A stretch of 59,588 nucleotides of DNA from Bryobacteraceae bacterium. Lineage in GTDB: Bacteria > Acidobacteriota > Terriglobia > Bryobacterales > Bryobacteraceae. The stretch covers positions 1 through 59,588 of the forward strand of contig JBEKFB010000001.1 in assembly GCA_050013535.1 (NCBI GenBank), read 5' to 3'. Shown one piece after another: positions 1 through 8,753 of this stretch; the first letter of the stretch is position 1; each line of letters starts with the position of its first letter. The notes beneath the pieces were generated by a model. It saw only the letters and a program-made list of their open reading frames with translations. It was not told the origin of the DNA and made no database searches. Both the position numbers and the translations under genes were made by a program.

Positions 1-56
1 CTTATGTCGGGGAACCGGCCCCGGCGGAACCGCACTATTGTCTAAGCCTCGTCTTA

Positions 57-161
57 TCAGGTGTGGAGCCCGGCAACGACACCCATCGGGAGACTGACTT
101 CGAGGAGTCTCTCCACCCATCGCGCCACGGCGCGAATCACGTTGATTGTTTTCGTCCACAT
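57..161 (-). CDS. candidate micro-ORF, 34 aa (MWTKTINVIRAVARWVERLLEVSLPMGVVAGLHT)
   Basis: ATG at 161..159 and TGA at 59..57. AGAAAGGAGG (179..170) lies 8 nt upstream. Below the ORF-track cutoff; no family recognised. Confidence 0.3.
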   Translation of the reverse strand: MWTKTINVIRAVARWVERLLEVSLPMGVVAGLHT

Positions 162-330
162 TTCTTTCACCTCCTTTCTATTCGGAATTGAAAAGCATCA
201 CTCAACCGTGCATCGCGCGCCGTGGCGTCGGGTTCGGGTCGCACCGCGGCCGCGCTGATGCCTCGCGTGCGGTCACGAGACCACGCTGGAAAAATTGTCA
301 GAGAGAATGCGGAGAGCGAACGCTATCGAA

Positions 331-420
331 TCAGAAGCCGAAGCCGGCCAAAGACGGAGGCTCCGCTGACTCGGTATCGATGTGCTGTTCGCGCAACTGA
401 CCGCCACCGCCGTCAGACAT
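331..420 (-). CDS. candidate micro-ORF, 29 aa (MSDGGGGQLREQHIDTESAEPPSLAGFGF)
   Basis: ATG at 420..418 and TGA at 333..331. The identical 10-mer AGAAAGGAGG (437..428) lies 7 nt upstream. No family recognised. Confidence 0.3.
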   Translation of the reverse strand: MSDGGGGQLREQHIDTESAEPPSLAGFGF

Positions 421-482
421 GAATGGGCCTCCTTTCTTGTGGATTTCTGCCGAGGGCCGCTCAAGGCTCCCAACAACAGCGT

Positions 483-498
483 ATACCGGCCGGGGTAT
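483..498. promoter_or_regulatory. candidate CsoR/RcnR-type operator (ATACC-N6-GGTAT)
   Basis: Inverted 5-bp arms ATACC (483..487) and GGTAT (494..498) around a G/C-rich spacer, 58 nt upstream of the repressor ATG. GGTAT recurs at 537..541 and 548..552. Confidence 0.3.
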
Positions 499-555
499 GC
501 TTGTAAAGGCTTTTTTCTGTCAGGTTTTGTGGGAAGGTATCTTGAGGGTATCCTT

Positions 556-834
556 ATGGCACACACCGTCGAAGAGAAGAAACGGCTGCTGAACCGCGTC
601 CGGCGAATTATGGGCCAGGTCGCGGCAATTGAGAAGAGTCTGGATCAGGAAGGCGAGTGCGCCGAGGTCCTTCACAACATCTCTGCCTGCCGTGGCGCGA
701 TGGATGCGTTGATGGCGGAGGTCATCGAGGGTCATATCAGGTTTCACATTCTTCCCGCCAGTGAACGCGTAACCGACGAGCAGTCTCGCGCCGCGGACGA
801 TCTGGTTACCGCTCTGCGCGCTTATCTCAAATAG
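556..834 (+). CDS. CsoR/RcnR/FrmR-family metal-sensing transcriptional repressor (92 aa)
   Basis: MAHTVEEKKRLLNRVRRIMGQVAAIEKSL...C-x...H pattern typical of the DUF156/CsoR family. Start moved to the internal ATG at 556 because the upstream part of ORF 382..834 looks non-coding. A metal exporter lies directly downstream. Confidence 0.85.
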   Translation: MAHTVEEKKRLLNRVRRIMGQVAAIEKSLDQEGECAEVLHNISACRGAMDALMAEVIEGHIRFHILPASERVTDEQSRAADDLVTALRAYLK

Positions 835-844
835 CCTGCCGCTC

Positions 845-1808
845 ATGCAAGCCACGGAGGAATCGCCGGGACGAATGGACGCTTCGGAGTCGCGCGACGC
901 GCGCTTTGCCATGCGGCTGTCCCTGATCTTTGGTCTCGCCATGCTGATCGGCAAGACCGCGGCGTACTTCATGACGCATTCGGCTGCCATCTTCTCGGAC
1001 GCGGCCGAGTCCGTGATCCACGTGGTAGCGGTGGGCTTTGCTGCATTCAGTCTCCGGCTTAGTGCGAAACCAGCTTCTTCTCACTTTCTGTACGGCTACG
1101 AGCGCATCACTTTCTTCTCCGCCGGCTTCGAAGGAGCAATGATCGTGATGGCCGCCATCGCAATTCTCTTTGAGTCGATCTGGCAGTGGATTAGCGGGCT
1201 GCGTCTGGAGCGCCTGGGAACAGGCGTATCACTGATTCTAATGGCTGGAATTCTGAATGCCGGTCTCGGTTACTATCTTCTGCGCGTCGGCCGCCGCACG
1301 AATTCGATCATCCTCGAAGCTAATGGCAAACACGTCCTGACCGATAGCTGGACAAGTTTTGGCGTGGTGGCAGGACTGGGGTTGGTGCTCCTGACCCATT
1401 GGAAACCGTTTGATCCGCTTTGATCCGCTTGTGGCCATTGTTGTCGCCGTGAATATCCTATGGTCGGGAGGGCATCTGGTATGGCGTTCGGCCATCGGGC
1501 TTCTGGATTATTCCGATCCGAAGGCCGGCCGAAGAATTCGGGACAAGCTGGATTCAATTTGCGCGGAATTGGCGATTGAATACCATGGCGTACGCTTTCG
1601 AACCACCGGACGCCGTCAGATCATTGAAGTGCACTTGCTGTTCCCGCGTTTGACAACCGTCAGCGAAGCCCACCGCCTTGCCACAGTTCTGGAGGAACGC
1701 CTTTCGGCAGAGGTGGGGATGCCTGCTGAAGTCATCACTCACCTGGAGTGCCTGGAAGACCATGCCGAGGTCCACCGCGAACAACACTACACCGGCAAAC
1801 CTGAGTAG
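845..1808 (+). pseudogene. cation diffusion facilitator (CDF) metal efflux transporter, frameshifted
   Basis: ORFs 845..1423 and 1410..1808 are the N- and C-terminal halves of one CDF protein (TM domain with HxxxD-like sites, C-terminal cytoplasmic domain). Removing one copy of the 10-bp repeat at 1411..1430 restores ...HWKPFDPLVAIVVAVN... in a single frame. Confidence 0.8.
1411..1430. repeat. perfect 10-bp tandem duplication TGATCCGCTT x2
   Basis: 1411..1420 equals 1421..1430 exactly. The second copy creates the TGA at 1421..1423 that ends the first CDF fragment. Confidence 0.95.
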
Positions 1809-1814
1809 GCGTCG

Positions 1815-3641
1815 CTACGCGCAGACGGCCCGCTCAGCGGCGGCTGTGTTGGAACGCGTTGCGCTGAGCTGGTCGGCCACTCTGGCCAGCAACGCCTGCG
1901 GTGCGAAGGGACGGGTCAGAAAGCCCGAGCAAACGTCGGTGGCACTGTAGCATTCGTCGGCATCGTCGGCGGTTCCGGCAATCATGAGGACCGAAAGGAA
2001 CGGCGACTGACGGCGAATCCTGCGTGCCAGTTCAGTTCCGGACATTCCCGGGAGACCGGCATCCGCGATCATGAGATCGATGCCGTTGCGCCAGCATTGG
2101 TAGAGCTCAAACGCGGCCGAACTAGTGGCGGCTTCCAGCACGCGATAACCTTGCTCGGTCAGCGTCACCGCCATGAAACGGCGCACCGCAGCTTCGTGTT
2201 CCACAAGAAGCACAGTACCCGTAGCCGTGTGCAGTCGCGCAAGCTGATTGGCCGAGTGCGCGGTGCGGCTGCGCATGCAATCCCGCTCTTCCAACGTCTT
2301 CATTCTTGCCAGCAGAGTGGTGCGCTTGATGTGCAGCAGGTCGGCCGCGCGGGCTTTATTGCCCCCCGAATGCGTCAGCGCCTGATCCAGAAGCGATTTC
2401 TCGAAATCACTCACTACTTCATCGAAATCGAGGCCTTCTTCGGGGACGGTGATCCACGGCCGCTTGGGCTCGGGACGCTCCCGGCCGGATGCGGCGACGG
2501 GGAAGTCGCTTGGATAGAGAATGCGGCGATCGCCGCTGAACGCCACAGCCATCTCGACGGCGTGCTCGAGTTGCCGCACGTTGCCCGGCCAGTCGATAGC
2601 TGACAGGCGATCCATTGTTTCCGGGCTGATCTGTTTTTCGGCGAGGCTTTCAGCGCGGCAGGTCTTGCCAACGAAATGTTGCAGCAGCAGCGGGATGTCC
2701 TCGCGCCGGTCGCGCAGTGCGGGCAGGCGGACGGGAACTACGTTCAATCGATAAAAAAGGTCTTCGCGGAAACGATGCTCGCGCACGGCCTGCTCGAGAT
2801 CCATGTTGGACGCGGCGATGATCCGCACATCCACGCGCACCGTCTCTGAACTGCCCACGCGCTGAAACTCCTGCTCCTGCAGAACCCGCAGCAGCTTGGA
2901 CTGCACACCGAGCGGCAAATCGCCAATCTCATCGAGAAACAGGGTGCCATGGTTGGCCTGCTCGAAACGGCCGACGCGGCTGGTATGAGCGCCCGTGAAC
3001 GCACCGCGAGTGTGACCGAACAATTCGGCTTCAATCAGGTTAGCGGGCAGGGCGGAACAATTCACGGCAACCATGGGGAGGTGAGAACGATTGCCCGCCA
3101 TGTGGATGGCCCGGGCGACCACCTCTTTTCCAGTTCCCGTTTCGCCCGAGATCAGAATGGTGCAACGCCGCGCGGCCACCAGGCGGATGGCATCGCAGAT
3201 TTGCTGCATTGTACGGCTCTCACCCACCAGCAGCCGGCGCCATGGCTCGGCTTCCTCGGCGCCTTGAGTCTTCACCTGCCGCGAGCGGCCACGGTCCAGC
3301 GCCGACGCGATCACCGCTTCCAACCGGTCAAGATCGAGATCGCCAAGGAGAACGTAGAACGCCCCCATGCGCGTCAGCCGAATGGCATCGTCCACGGTGC
3401 CGGATGGATCGTGAACGATCAGCGGCAAACCGGGGTCGCTGCGCAACAATTCATAGAGCGCTTCTTCAGGGACGCAATCGGCGCAGGGCAACTGAAGCAC
3501 GGCGGCTGTCATTGACGACTCTCCGGCGCGTTCCACCGCATCCCAGATGCTGCCCGCCGCGACAATTCCGTACTCGCGAAGCGCGCTTCCCGCTCGCAGC
3601 GCCTCCGCCTCATCACCGATCCAAAGCACTCTGGAAGCCAC
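1815..3641 (-). CDS. sigma-54-dependent transcriptional activator, REC(degenerate)-AAA+-Fis HTH-REC
   Basis: Walker A GETGTGKE, sigma-54 contact loop GAFTGA and RIIAASN are present, with [25 protein letters not shown]. An extra C-terminal receiver carries the acceptor-like motif [14 protein letters not shown]. Confidence 0.9.
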   Translation of the reverse strand: MASRVLWIGDEAEALRAGSALREYGIVAAGSIWDAVERAGESSMTAAVLQLPCADCVPEEALYELLRSDPGLPLIVHDPSGTVDDAIRLTRMGAFYVLLGDLDLDRLEAVIASALDRGRSRQVKTQGAEEAEPWRRLLVGESRTMQQICDAIRLVAARRCTILISGETGTGKEVVARAIHMAGNRSHLPMVAVNCSALPANLIEAELFGHTRGAFTGAHTSRVGRFEQANHGTLFLDEIGDLPLGVQSKLLRVLQEQEFQRVGSSETVRVDVRIIAASNMDLEQAVREHRFREDLFYRLNVVPVRLPALRDRREDIPLLLQHFVGKTCRAESLAEKQISPETMDRLSAIDWPGNVRQLEHAVEMAVAFSGDRRILYPSDFPVAASGRERPEPKRPWITVPEEGLDFDEVVSDFEKSLLDQALTHSGGNKARAADLLHIKRTTLLARMKTLEERDCMRSRTAHSANQLARLHTATGTVLLVEHEAAVRRFMAVTLTEQGYRVLEAATSSAAFELYQCWRNGIDLMIADAGLPGMSGTELARRIRRQSPFLSVLMIAGTADDADECYSATDVCSGFLTRPFAPQALLARVADQLSATRSNTAAAERAVCA

Positions 3642-3842
3642 GTTTTCCCTTCCTCGCCTGCTGTCAACAAAGTGACGATGTTGCTATGAAAGTCGAGTGT
3701 AAGCGGGACCGGTGGACAAGTCTACGAATCTTGTGTGGGGAGGGAAATCCCCATATGGAGGGAGACGTATAGTACAGCGCTCAGGTCTGCCTGGAGCAGA
3801 GCGGCGTCGAACCAGGTGGCTCGCCGCATAAAGTATTCGGCG

Positions 3843-4574
3843 TTATCTGCCGAGAGAGGCAGATCGAATCCAACCTGTCCGGCCCTGGCCGTTCACCTCA
3901 ATGTGCGTCAGCTTGCCCCGAACTTCGAGCACCCTAACTTTCGCGCCTCGTTCCACGGAAGTCAGCGCGCCGGCCTGAATCATCTCTTTCAGCCGGGAAT
4001 CTCCGCCGGCGAACTCGCCGCCCCAGGTCTCGAAGGCCTGATCGTCGCGCAGCATCGGCAGACTCTTCTGGCGGCCGATGACGATGACCGAGGTTGCCGA
4101 AACGCTTCGATCAGCCTCGCCATAGTCCATATCGCGAGCGGGGCTGAGCATTCGAGTCATTTTGGGTAGCTCAGGCGTTTTTGCGGCGTCCTCGGTGGTT
4201 TGCCCAGGAAGGGTTAGCGCCTTGGTTACTTTGCTGGCGGCGCGGACCGAGGAAGCGGATGTCAGTACCGACTGCGCTGGTTGTGCTGGTGAGGCCGGCC
4301 TTGCCGTCTCATTGTGAATCGCGGCGACGGGTGGAAGTGGAGGCATAACCGGCGGCAACGCCCTTGCGATGATCCGGCTTTTCGGGTGTTGCGGCGCCAG
4401 CATGGGGGAAGTCATGGCCGATGCGTGAGCGGTGTGAACGGTCAGGCGGAACTGCTCAACCGCCGCCGAGAGTGAGATCAGCGTAAGGCCGGCGAGAACG
4501 CAAACCGAAACCCGTTCCGCCGCTATGGTTACGGGGACCGGGCATCTCAGGTCGATTCTAATCAAAGTTCGCAC
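3843..4574 (-). CDS. hypothetical membrane-anchored protein with SH3-like C-terminus
   Basis: One N-terminal hydrophobic helix (VSVCVLAGLTLISLSAAV), a Pro/Ala-rich linker, and C-terminal ...VRVLEVRGKLTHIEVNGQGRTGWIRSASL. No family firmly recognised. Confidence 0.5.
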   Translation of the reverse strand: MRTLIRIDLRCPVPVTIAAERVSVCVLAGLTLISLSAAVEQFRLTVHTAHASAMTSPMLAPQHPKSRIIARALPPVMPPLPPVAAIHNETARPASPAQPAQSVLTSASSVRAASKVTKALTLPGQTTEDAAKTPELPKMTRMLSPARDMDYGEADRSVSATSVIVIGRQKSLPMLRDDQAFETWGGEFAGGDSRLKEMIQAGALTSVERGAKVRVLEVRGKLTHIEVNGQGRTGWIRSASLGR

Positions 4575-4898
4575 CTCGCGTGATTCTCTCCCCCGCCGAA
4601 GCTTTGACGGGCCGCACGGGGGGCGTCAGGAAGCGAACGGCGGCGTTGGCCGGAGCGCCCCTGCCGACGATTCTTCCGGCCACTTCTCGGACCCCGCGCA
4701 AACCACTGAAACAACAGGTGAAGAAGCTCCTCTGTATGTCCGGCACGGAGGTTTGTCGCGCTGAATTCATCATCGTGGCCGATCGCCTCGCCATAGTACA
4801 TCGCAATTGCGGTACCGGTTTAGCCGCAGCGAAATTGTAATTTCCTTCTAAAAACGCCCCGGCCTCCGCGATACAGACCAAGAGGAAAACTGCTCGCC

Positions 4899-5243
4899 AT
4901 GATGCGTGTCCTGTTAGTTGTCTTGTGTTCGTGCCTGGTGTGCGGCACGGCCTGCGCCCAGGAAGTGCGGTTGACGGACGCGGAGGCCAAGAAACTGGTG
5001 AAGTCGCGAACTAATCCCGAGTACCCGCCTCTGGCCAGACAGATGCGAGTGAGCGGCGAGGTCCGGCTTGATGTGTATCTGAATGAGGACGGTTCACTCG
5101 ACAAGGTCCATGTCGTCAGCGGTAACGCGTTGCTCGCTAGTGCCGCGCAGAATGCAGTAAAGCAGTGGAAGTTTGGCGCTCCCACTGTGGACGACAAGCC
5201 AGTAAGGGCGGTCGCCAGCTACTCGTTCACCTTCGGACTCTGA
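4899..5243 (+). CDS. TonB C-terminal-domain protein, secreted (114 aa)
   Basis: Signal peptide MMRVLLVVLCSCLVCGTACA. PEYPPLARQMRVSGEVRLDVYLNEDGSL...AVKQWKF matches the TonB_C fold signature. AAGAGGAAA lies upstream of the ATG. Confidence 0.7.
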   Translation: MMRVLLVVLCSCLVCGTACAQEVRLTDAEAKKLVKSRTNPEYPPLARQMRVSGEVRLDVYLNEDGSLDKVHVVSGNALLASAAQNAVKQWKFGAPTVDDKPVRAVASYSFTFGL

Positions 5244-5695
5244 TCGTTCGCCGCGAGGCGCTTTTGTGCGCTCCAGCGGTTCAGAAACGCTTCCTGCGCG
5301 AACGTCTCCGTTTCCCGTCCGGCTTCGTAGCGCCATTCGGACGCCCGGCGGTCTCTCAGTCTTGCCAGTAGCTGATGTCGCCGCTCAGCCTCAAGCACCG
5401 CCTGCCGCTGCTTCTCGATTCGTTCGGCCTGTTGCGCCTTGCGCTGGTTGAGTTCAATTCCTCTCTGTTCGACGCGCAGGCGAAACGCCGCGAGGCTTTG
5501 GAAATCGGTGGAGACGATTTCGCGCTGCTCGCGAACGATCTGTTCGGCGGCAGCGCCTTCGGCCTTCGTCCGTTCGATGGCGAAAAGAATGCGTTGCTGC
5601 TCGGCGAAGAGCTGCTGCAGTTTCGCCTCCTCGTGCTCGAGCATTGTTGCCCGCCAGCTGAGCACGCTGTCGAGGGGGAAGTGGAATCGCTTCAT
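5219..5695 (-). CDS. fliJ: flagellar export chaperone FliJ
   Basis: Coiled-coil protein of about 150 aa immediately downstream of fliI. The N-terminus FPLDSVLSWR...E is FliJ-like. Confidence 0.75.
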   Translation of the reverse strand: MKRFHFPLDSVLSWRATMLEHEEAKLQQLFAEQQRILFAIERTKAEGAAAEQIVREQREIVSTDFQSLAAFRLRVEQRGIELNQRKAQQAERIEKQRQAVLEAERRHQLLARLRDRRASEWRYEAGRETETFAQEAFLNRWSAQKRLAANDQSPKVNE

Positions 5696-5716
5696 GGCGC
5701 GGTTCGCTTCAGCGCG

Positions 5717-7051
5717 CTAGGGCAGCATCTGCGCGAGTTCGCGGAGGCCGGTGAGCGTGTCTTCGAAAGTGGATTTCTCGCGTGAATCCTGGCGCAGAAA
5801 GCCGAGCATGCGATCGCGAGCCTTGATGCTGGCGTCCAGTTTGGTGTTGGTTCCCGAAACATAAGCGCCGAGTTGGATCAGATCTTCGGAATGCTGATAA
5901 GTGGCCATGGCTGCGCGGACCTTTTGCGCATAGGCAAGCTGCTCGGGTGTCGCCACCTGCTGGGTGACGCGAGAGACGGATGAGAGAACGTCAATTGCCG
6001 GATAATGCCCGGCCGACCCCAGTTGCCGTGAAAGAACAATGTGGCCGTCCAGCAAGCCGCGAACGGCATCGCAGATCGGTTCGTTGAAATCGTCGCCCTC
6101 CACCAGAACAGTGAAGAAGCCGGTGATGGAGCCTTTGGGAAACGCGCCGGCGCGCTCGAAGAGCTTCGGCATCAGATTGAAGACCGATGGCGTGTAGCCC
6201 TTCTGGCTGGGAGGTTCGCCGGCGGCCAGCCCAATCTCTCGCTGGGCCATGGCCAGGCGCGTGACGGAATCCATCACGAAGAGCACGCTGGCGCCCTGAT
6301 CGCGGAAGTATTCGGCCACCGAAAGAGCAACGTGACAAGCTCGCACGCGCAGGGGCGCGGGCCGGTCTGAAGTGGCTACGATCACGACTGAGCGCTTACG
6401 GCCTTCCTCTCCCAGTTCGTTCTCGATGAATCCGCGCACTTCCCGGTTGCGCTCGCCGATGAGTGCGATCACGGTCACGTCGGCGGAATTCCCGCGCGCC
6501 ATTGCACCCAGCAAAGTGCTCTTGCCAACACCGCTTCCGCCAAACAGGCCGACCCTCTGTCCAAGCCCGCACGGCAGAAGGCTGTCGATCGCGCGAATCC
6601 CGGTGATCAGAGGTTGGCGAATGTGCGAACGGGTGAGCGGGCTTGGCGGTGTCGCGTACAGGTTGTACCAGGAAGCCGGGTTGATGCGGGGACCGCCGTC
6701 CATGGGTAGTCCAAAGCCATCAATCACGCGTCCGAGCAAATCCGGACCAACCGCGACGCGAGCGTCCTCCAGGCGGGCGACAATGCGGTCGCCCAGCTGG
6801 AGACCATCCGTTTCCTCCAGCGGAATCGAAAGCACGTGTCCATTTCGGAAGCCCACCACCTGGGTACGAATCCGCTTGCCGGACGAAGCCAGGATCTCGC
6901 AAAAGCTGCCGATTGGCGCGGCCGGACCGCGCGATTCGATCAGCAGGCCGACCAGCTCGGTGACCACGCCGCTCCAGCGCAGCAGATCCATGCCATTGAG
7001 CCCGGCGATGTATCCATCAAGGTCGACGCGTTCGGAGGAAGTGGCGGTCAT
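5717..7051 (-). CDS. fliI: flagellum-specific ATPase FliI
   Basis: Walker A GLFGGSGVGKSTLLG and F1/T3SS-ATPase-like sequence throughout. Overlaps fliH by 4 nt. Confidence 0.97.
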   Translation of the reverse strand: MTATSSERVDLDGYIAGLNGMDLLRWSGVVTELVGLLIESRGPAAPIGSFCEILASSGKRIRTQVVGFRNGHVLSIPLEETDGLQLGDRIVARLEDARVAVGPDLLGRVIDGFGLPMDGGPRINPASWYNLYATPPSPLTRSHIRQPLITGIRAIDSLLPCGLGQRVGLFGGSGVGKSTLLGAMARGNSADVTVIALIGERNREVRGFIENELGEEGRKRSVVIVATSDRPAPLRVRACHVALSVAEYFRDQGASVLFVMDSVTRLAMAQREIGLAAGEPPSQKGYTPSVFNLMPKLFERAGAFPKGSITGFFTVLVEGDDFNEPICDAVRGLLDGHIVLSRQLGSAGHYPAIDVLSSVSRVTQQVATPEQLAYAQKVRAAMATYQHSEDLIQLGAYVSGTNTKLDASIKARDRMLGFLRQDSREKSTFEDTLTGLRELAQMLP

Positions 7052-7704
7052 GAGTTCATCTTGTCGGCGAAGCCGCGCTCGATCTCACGTAACTGGCTTT
7101 CGACGGAGGCATCCAGTTCGCCGAGAGAAGTCTCGAAAACAGCGTCACCGCAATTCAGCGATGGGTCGCCAACCACTTCCAGCGCGGGCGCGCGGCCAGC
7201 GTCCTCCAGACAGGAGCGCACCGGACCGATGTGGCTGGGATGAACGCGCAGCCGGTCGACTTCGCGGTTCTGCAACCGGTCGAGCGCGGAGCGCACGATT
7301 CCCTGCATTGCGTCGGGATCGACCGCGAGTTCGCGGTGCATCACTCGTTTGGCGATGGCCAGGGCAAGCTTTACCAGATCGGCTTCGGCCTGCCGCCGGA
7401 CGCGATCGCGCAGGTTCGATAAGTCCGCGGCCGCGCGAACCAGACGCTCCACAACAGGTTTCAGCTCGGCCGCGGCTTCTTCTCGCCCCTTGTGCGAGCC
7501 TTCCTGAAGCCCGGCGTCGCGAGCCTGCTGCACGCGAATCTGCAGGTTGCGTTCCAGATCGGCCGCCTGGCGCTGCAGCGCGGCGGAATCGGCATTGCCG
7601 GTTCTCGCGGAGCCGGTTGCGCGAGCCCCGCCTCCGGCGGGCCGCCAAACCATCGGCTCGACGGCTTCCTGCGCCTTCTCGCCAACCAGCACTCTACATA
7701 ACAT
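7048..7704 (-). CDS. fliH: flagellar assembly protein FliH
   Basis: Sits between fliG and fliI. Charged coiled-coil N-terminus and a FliH-like C-terminal domain. Start uncertain (alternative Met 17 codons in). Confidence 0.8.
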   Translation of the reverse strand: MLCRVLVGEKAQEAVEPMVWRPAGGGARATGSARTGNADSAALQRQAADLERNLQIRVQQARDAGLQEGSHKGREEAAAELKPVVERLVRAAADLSNLRDRVRRQAEADLVKLALAIAKRVMHRELAVDPDAMQGIVRSALDRLQNREVDRLRVHPSHIGPVRSCLEDAGRAPALEVVGDPSLNCGDAVFETSLGELDASVESQLREIERGFADKMNS

Positions 7705-8722
7705 ATTGTTCGCCCACAGCGCCCTTTAGACTCAGTACGCCTTCGCTTTCGAGCTGCCGCACCACCGAGATGATTTGCTGCTGCGCGGCGTCCACCTCGC
7801 GAATCTTCATGGGACCGAGCGCGTCGATATCTTCCTTCAGCATTTCCGCGCCACGCTGGGACATGGCGCTGAACATGTGATTGCGCAGTTGCTCGCTCGT
7901 TCCCTTGAGCGCCGCGGTCAGTATCTTGCGGTCGACGCGCGAAAGCACTTCCTTGATGCCCACGCCGTCGATAAGCAACAGATCGTCAAAGACGAACATG
8001 AGCTGCCGGATGGTCTCGAAGAGATTCGTGTCCTGTTGTTCGATGTCGGCCAGAATGTCCTTGCTGGTGCCGGAATCCAGCCGATTGAACATCTCCGATA
8101 CCGCGCGCACGCCACCATACGATTCACGGCTGAAATCGCCGAGAGCCTTCAGCTTCGATCCGATTACGCTGGCGATCTTGTGAATGATCTCCGGCGAAAT
8201 CTGGTCAAGGTTAGCCATGCGGATGGCCACGTCGGACCGGATTTTCTGCGGCAGCGAGACCAATAGTGACGCGGCCTGCGTTGGGTTCAGGTGAGAGAGC
8301 ACCAAGGCGACCGTCTGCGGGTGTTCGTTGTGGATGAATTTGGCAAGCTGCTGCGGATCGGCGCGCTGCAGGGCGTCAAAGCTGGCTACGTCGCTGCCGA
8401 GCGCCTTGGACAGGCGGTCCATGAGCCGCTTTGTCGTTTCCGGACCGAAGGCCGTCATCAACATTTTCTTGGCATAATCCATGCCGCCCTTGACGATGAA
8501 CTCCTGCGCCAGCGTCATCTGATAGAACTCTTCGAGGATGTTGTCGGCCTGCTCGGAGTTGATGTTGGTGATGCGGGCCACCTCCTGGGTGACTACGTTC
8601 ACCTCGTCTTCGCTGAGGTGCTTGAGGATTTCGGCGCTCGATTCCTCGCCGAGGGTGACCATAAACACGGCGGCTTTCTGACAGCCCTTCAGTTTTACGG
8701 CCTGGTTAGTGTTGACGATCAT
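7694..8722 (-). CDS. fliG: flagellar motor switch protein FliG
   Basis: 342 aa. LSEDEV...EFI..GG and a C-terminal torque helix region typical of FliG. Confidence 0.95.
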   Translation of the reverse strand: MIVNTNQAVKLKGCQKAAVFMVTLGEESSAEILKHLSEDEVNVVTQEVARITNINSEQADNILEEFYQMTLAQEFIVKGGMDYAKKMLMTAFGPETTKRLMDRLSKALGSDVASFDALQRADPQQLAKFIHNEHPQTVALVLSHLNPTQAASLLVSLPQKIRSDVAIRMANLDQISPEIIHKIASVIGSKLKALGDFSRESYGGVRAVSEMFNRLDSGTSKDILADIEQQDTNLFETIRQLMFVFDDLLLIDGVGIKEVLSRVDRKILTAALKGTSEQLRNHMFSAMSQRGAEMLKEDIDALGPMKIREVDAAQQQIISVVRQLESEGVLSLKGAVGEQYVM

Positions 8723-8753
8723 CTGGTTTACGCGGCTATTGCCGCATGTCCTG

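Noticed and set aside
146-566. ORFs 146..400 +, 222..422 + and 273..566 - in the left intergenic region
   Set aside because: The composition is Arg/Ser/Pro-rich, there is no ribosome-binding site, and they overlap each other. The two short minus-strand ORFs with strong Shine-Dalgarno boxes are the better explanation of any coding potential here.
4695-4760. Possible riboswitch-like element in the 324-bp divergent intergenic region. A 10-bp closing helix CGCGCAAACC/GGTTTGTCGCG (one bulge) encloses two small hairpins, and the GCAAACC...GAAA string recalls GEMM-I (c-di-GMP-I).
   Set aside because: The other conserved GEMM-I segments (for example GGGACGCAAAGCC and the tetraloop-receptor arrangement) are not present. 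GCAAACC is consumed in the closing stem rather than the junction. The element lies 135 nt from the nearest downstream start, and stems of this size are common in GC-rich DNA. A covariance-model scan (Rfam) would settle it.
6372-7880. 502-aa plus-strand ORF (also 20837..22435 +, 22920..24047 -, 45011..46234 +, 48372..49766 +, 50768..52027 +)
   Set aside because: All lie antisense to genes with unmistakable family motifs (fliI/fliH/fliG, motAB, fliM, S41 protease, asnS, GT2/methyltransferase). All are Arg/Pro/Ser/Gly-rich low-complexity translations typical of stop-poor antisense frames in GC-rich DNA.
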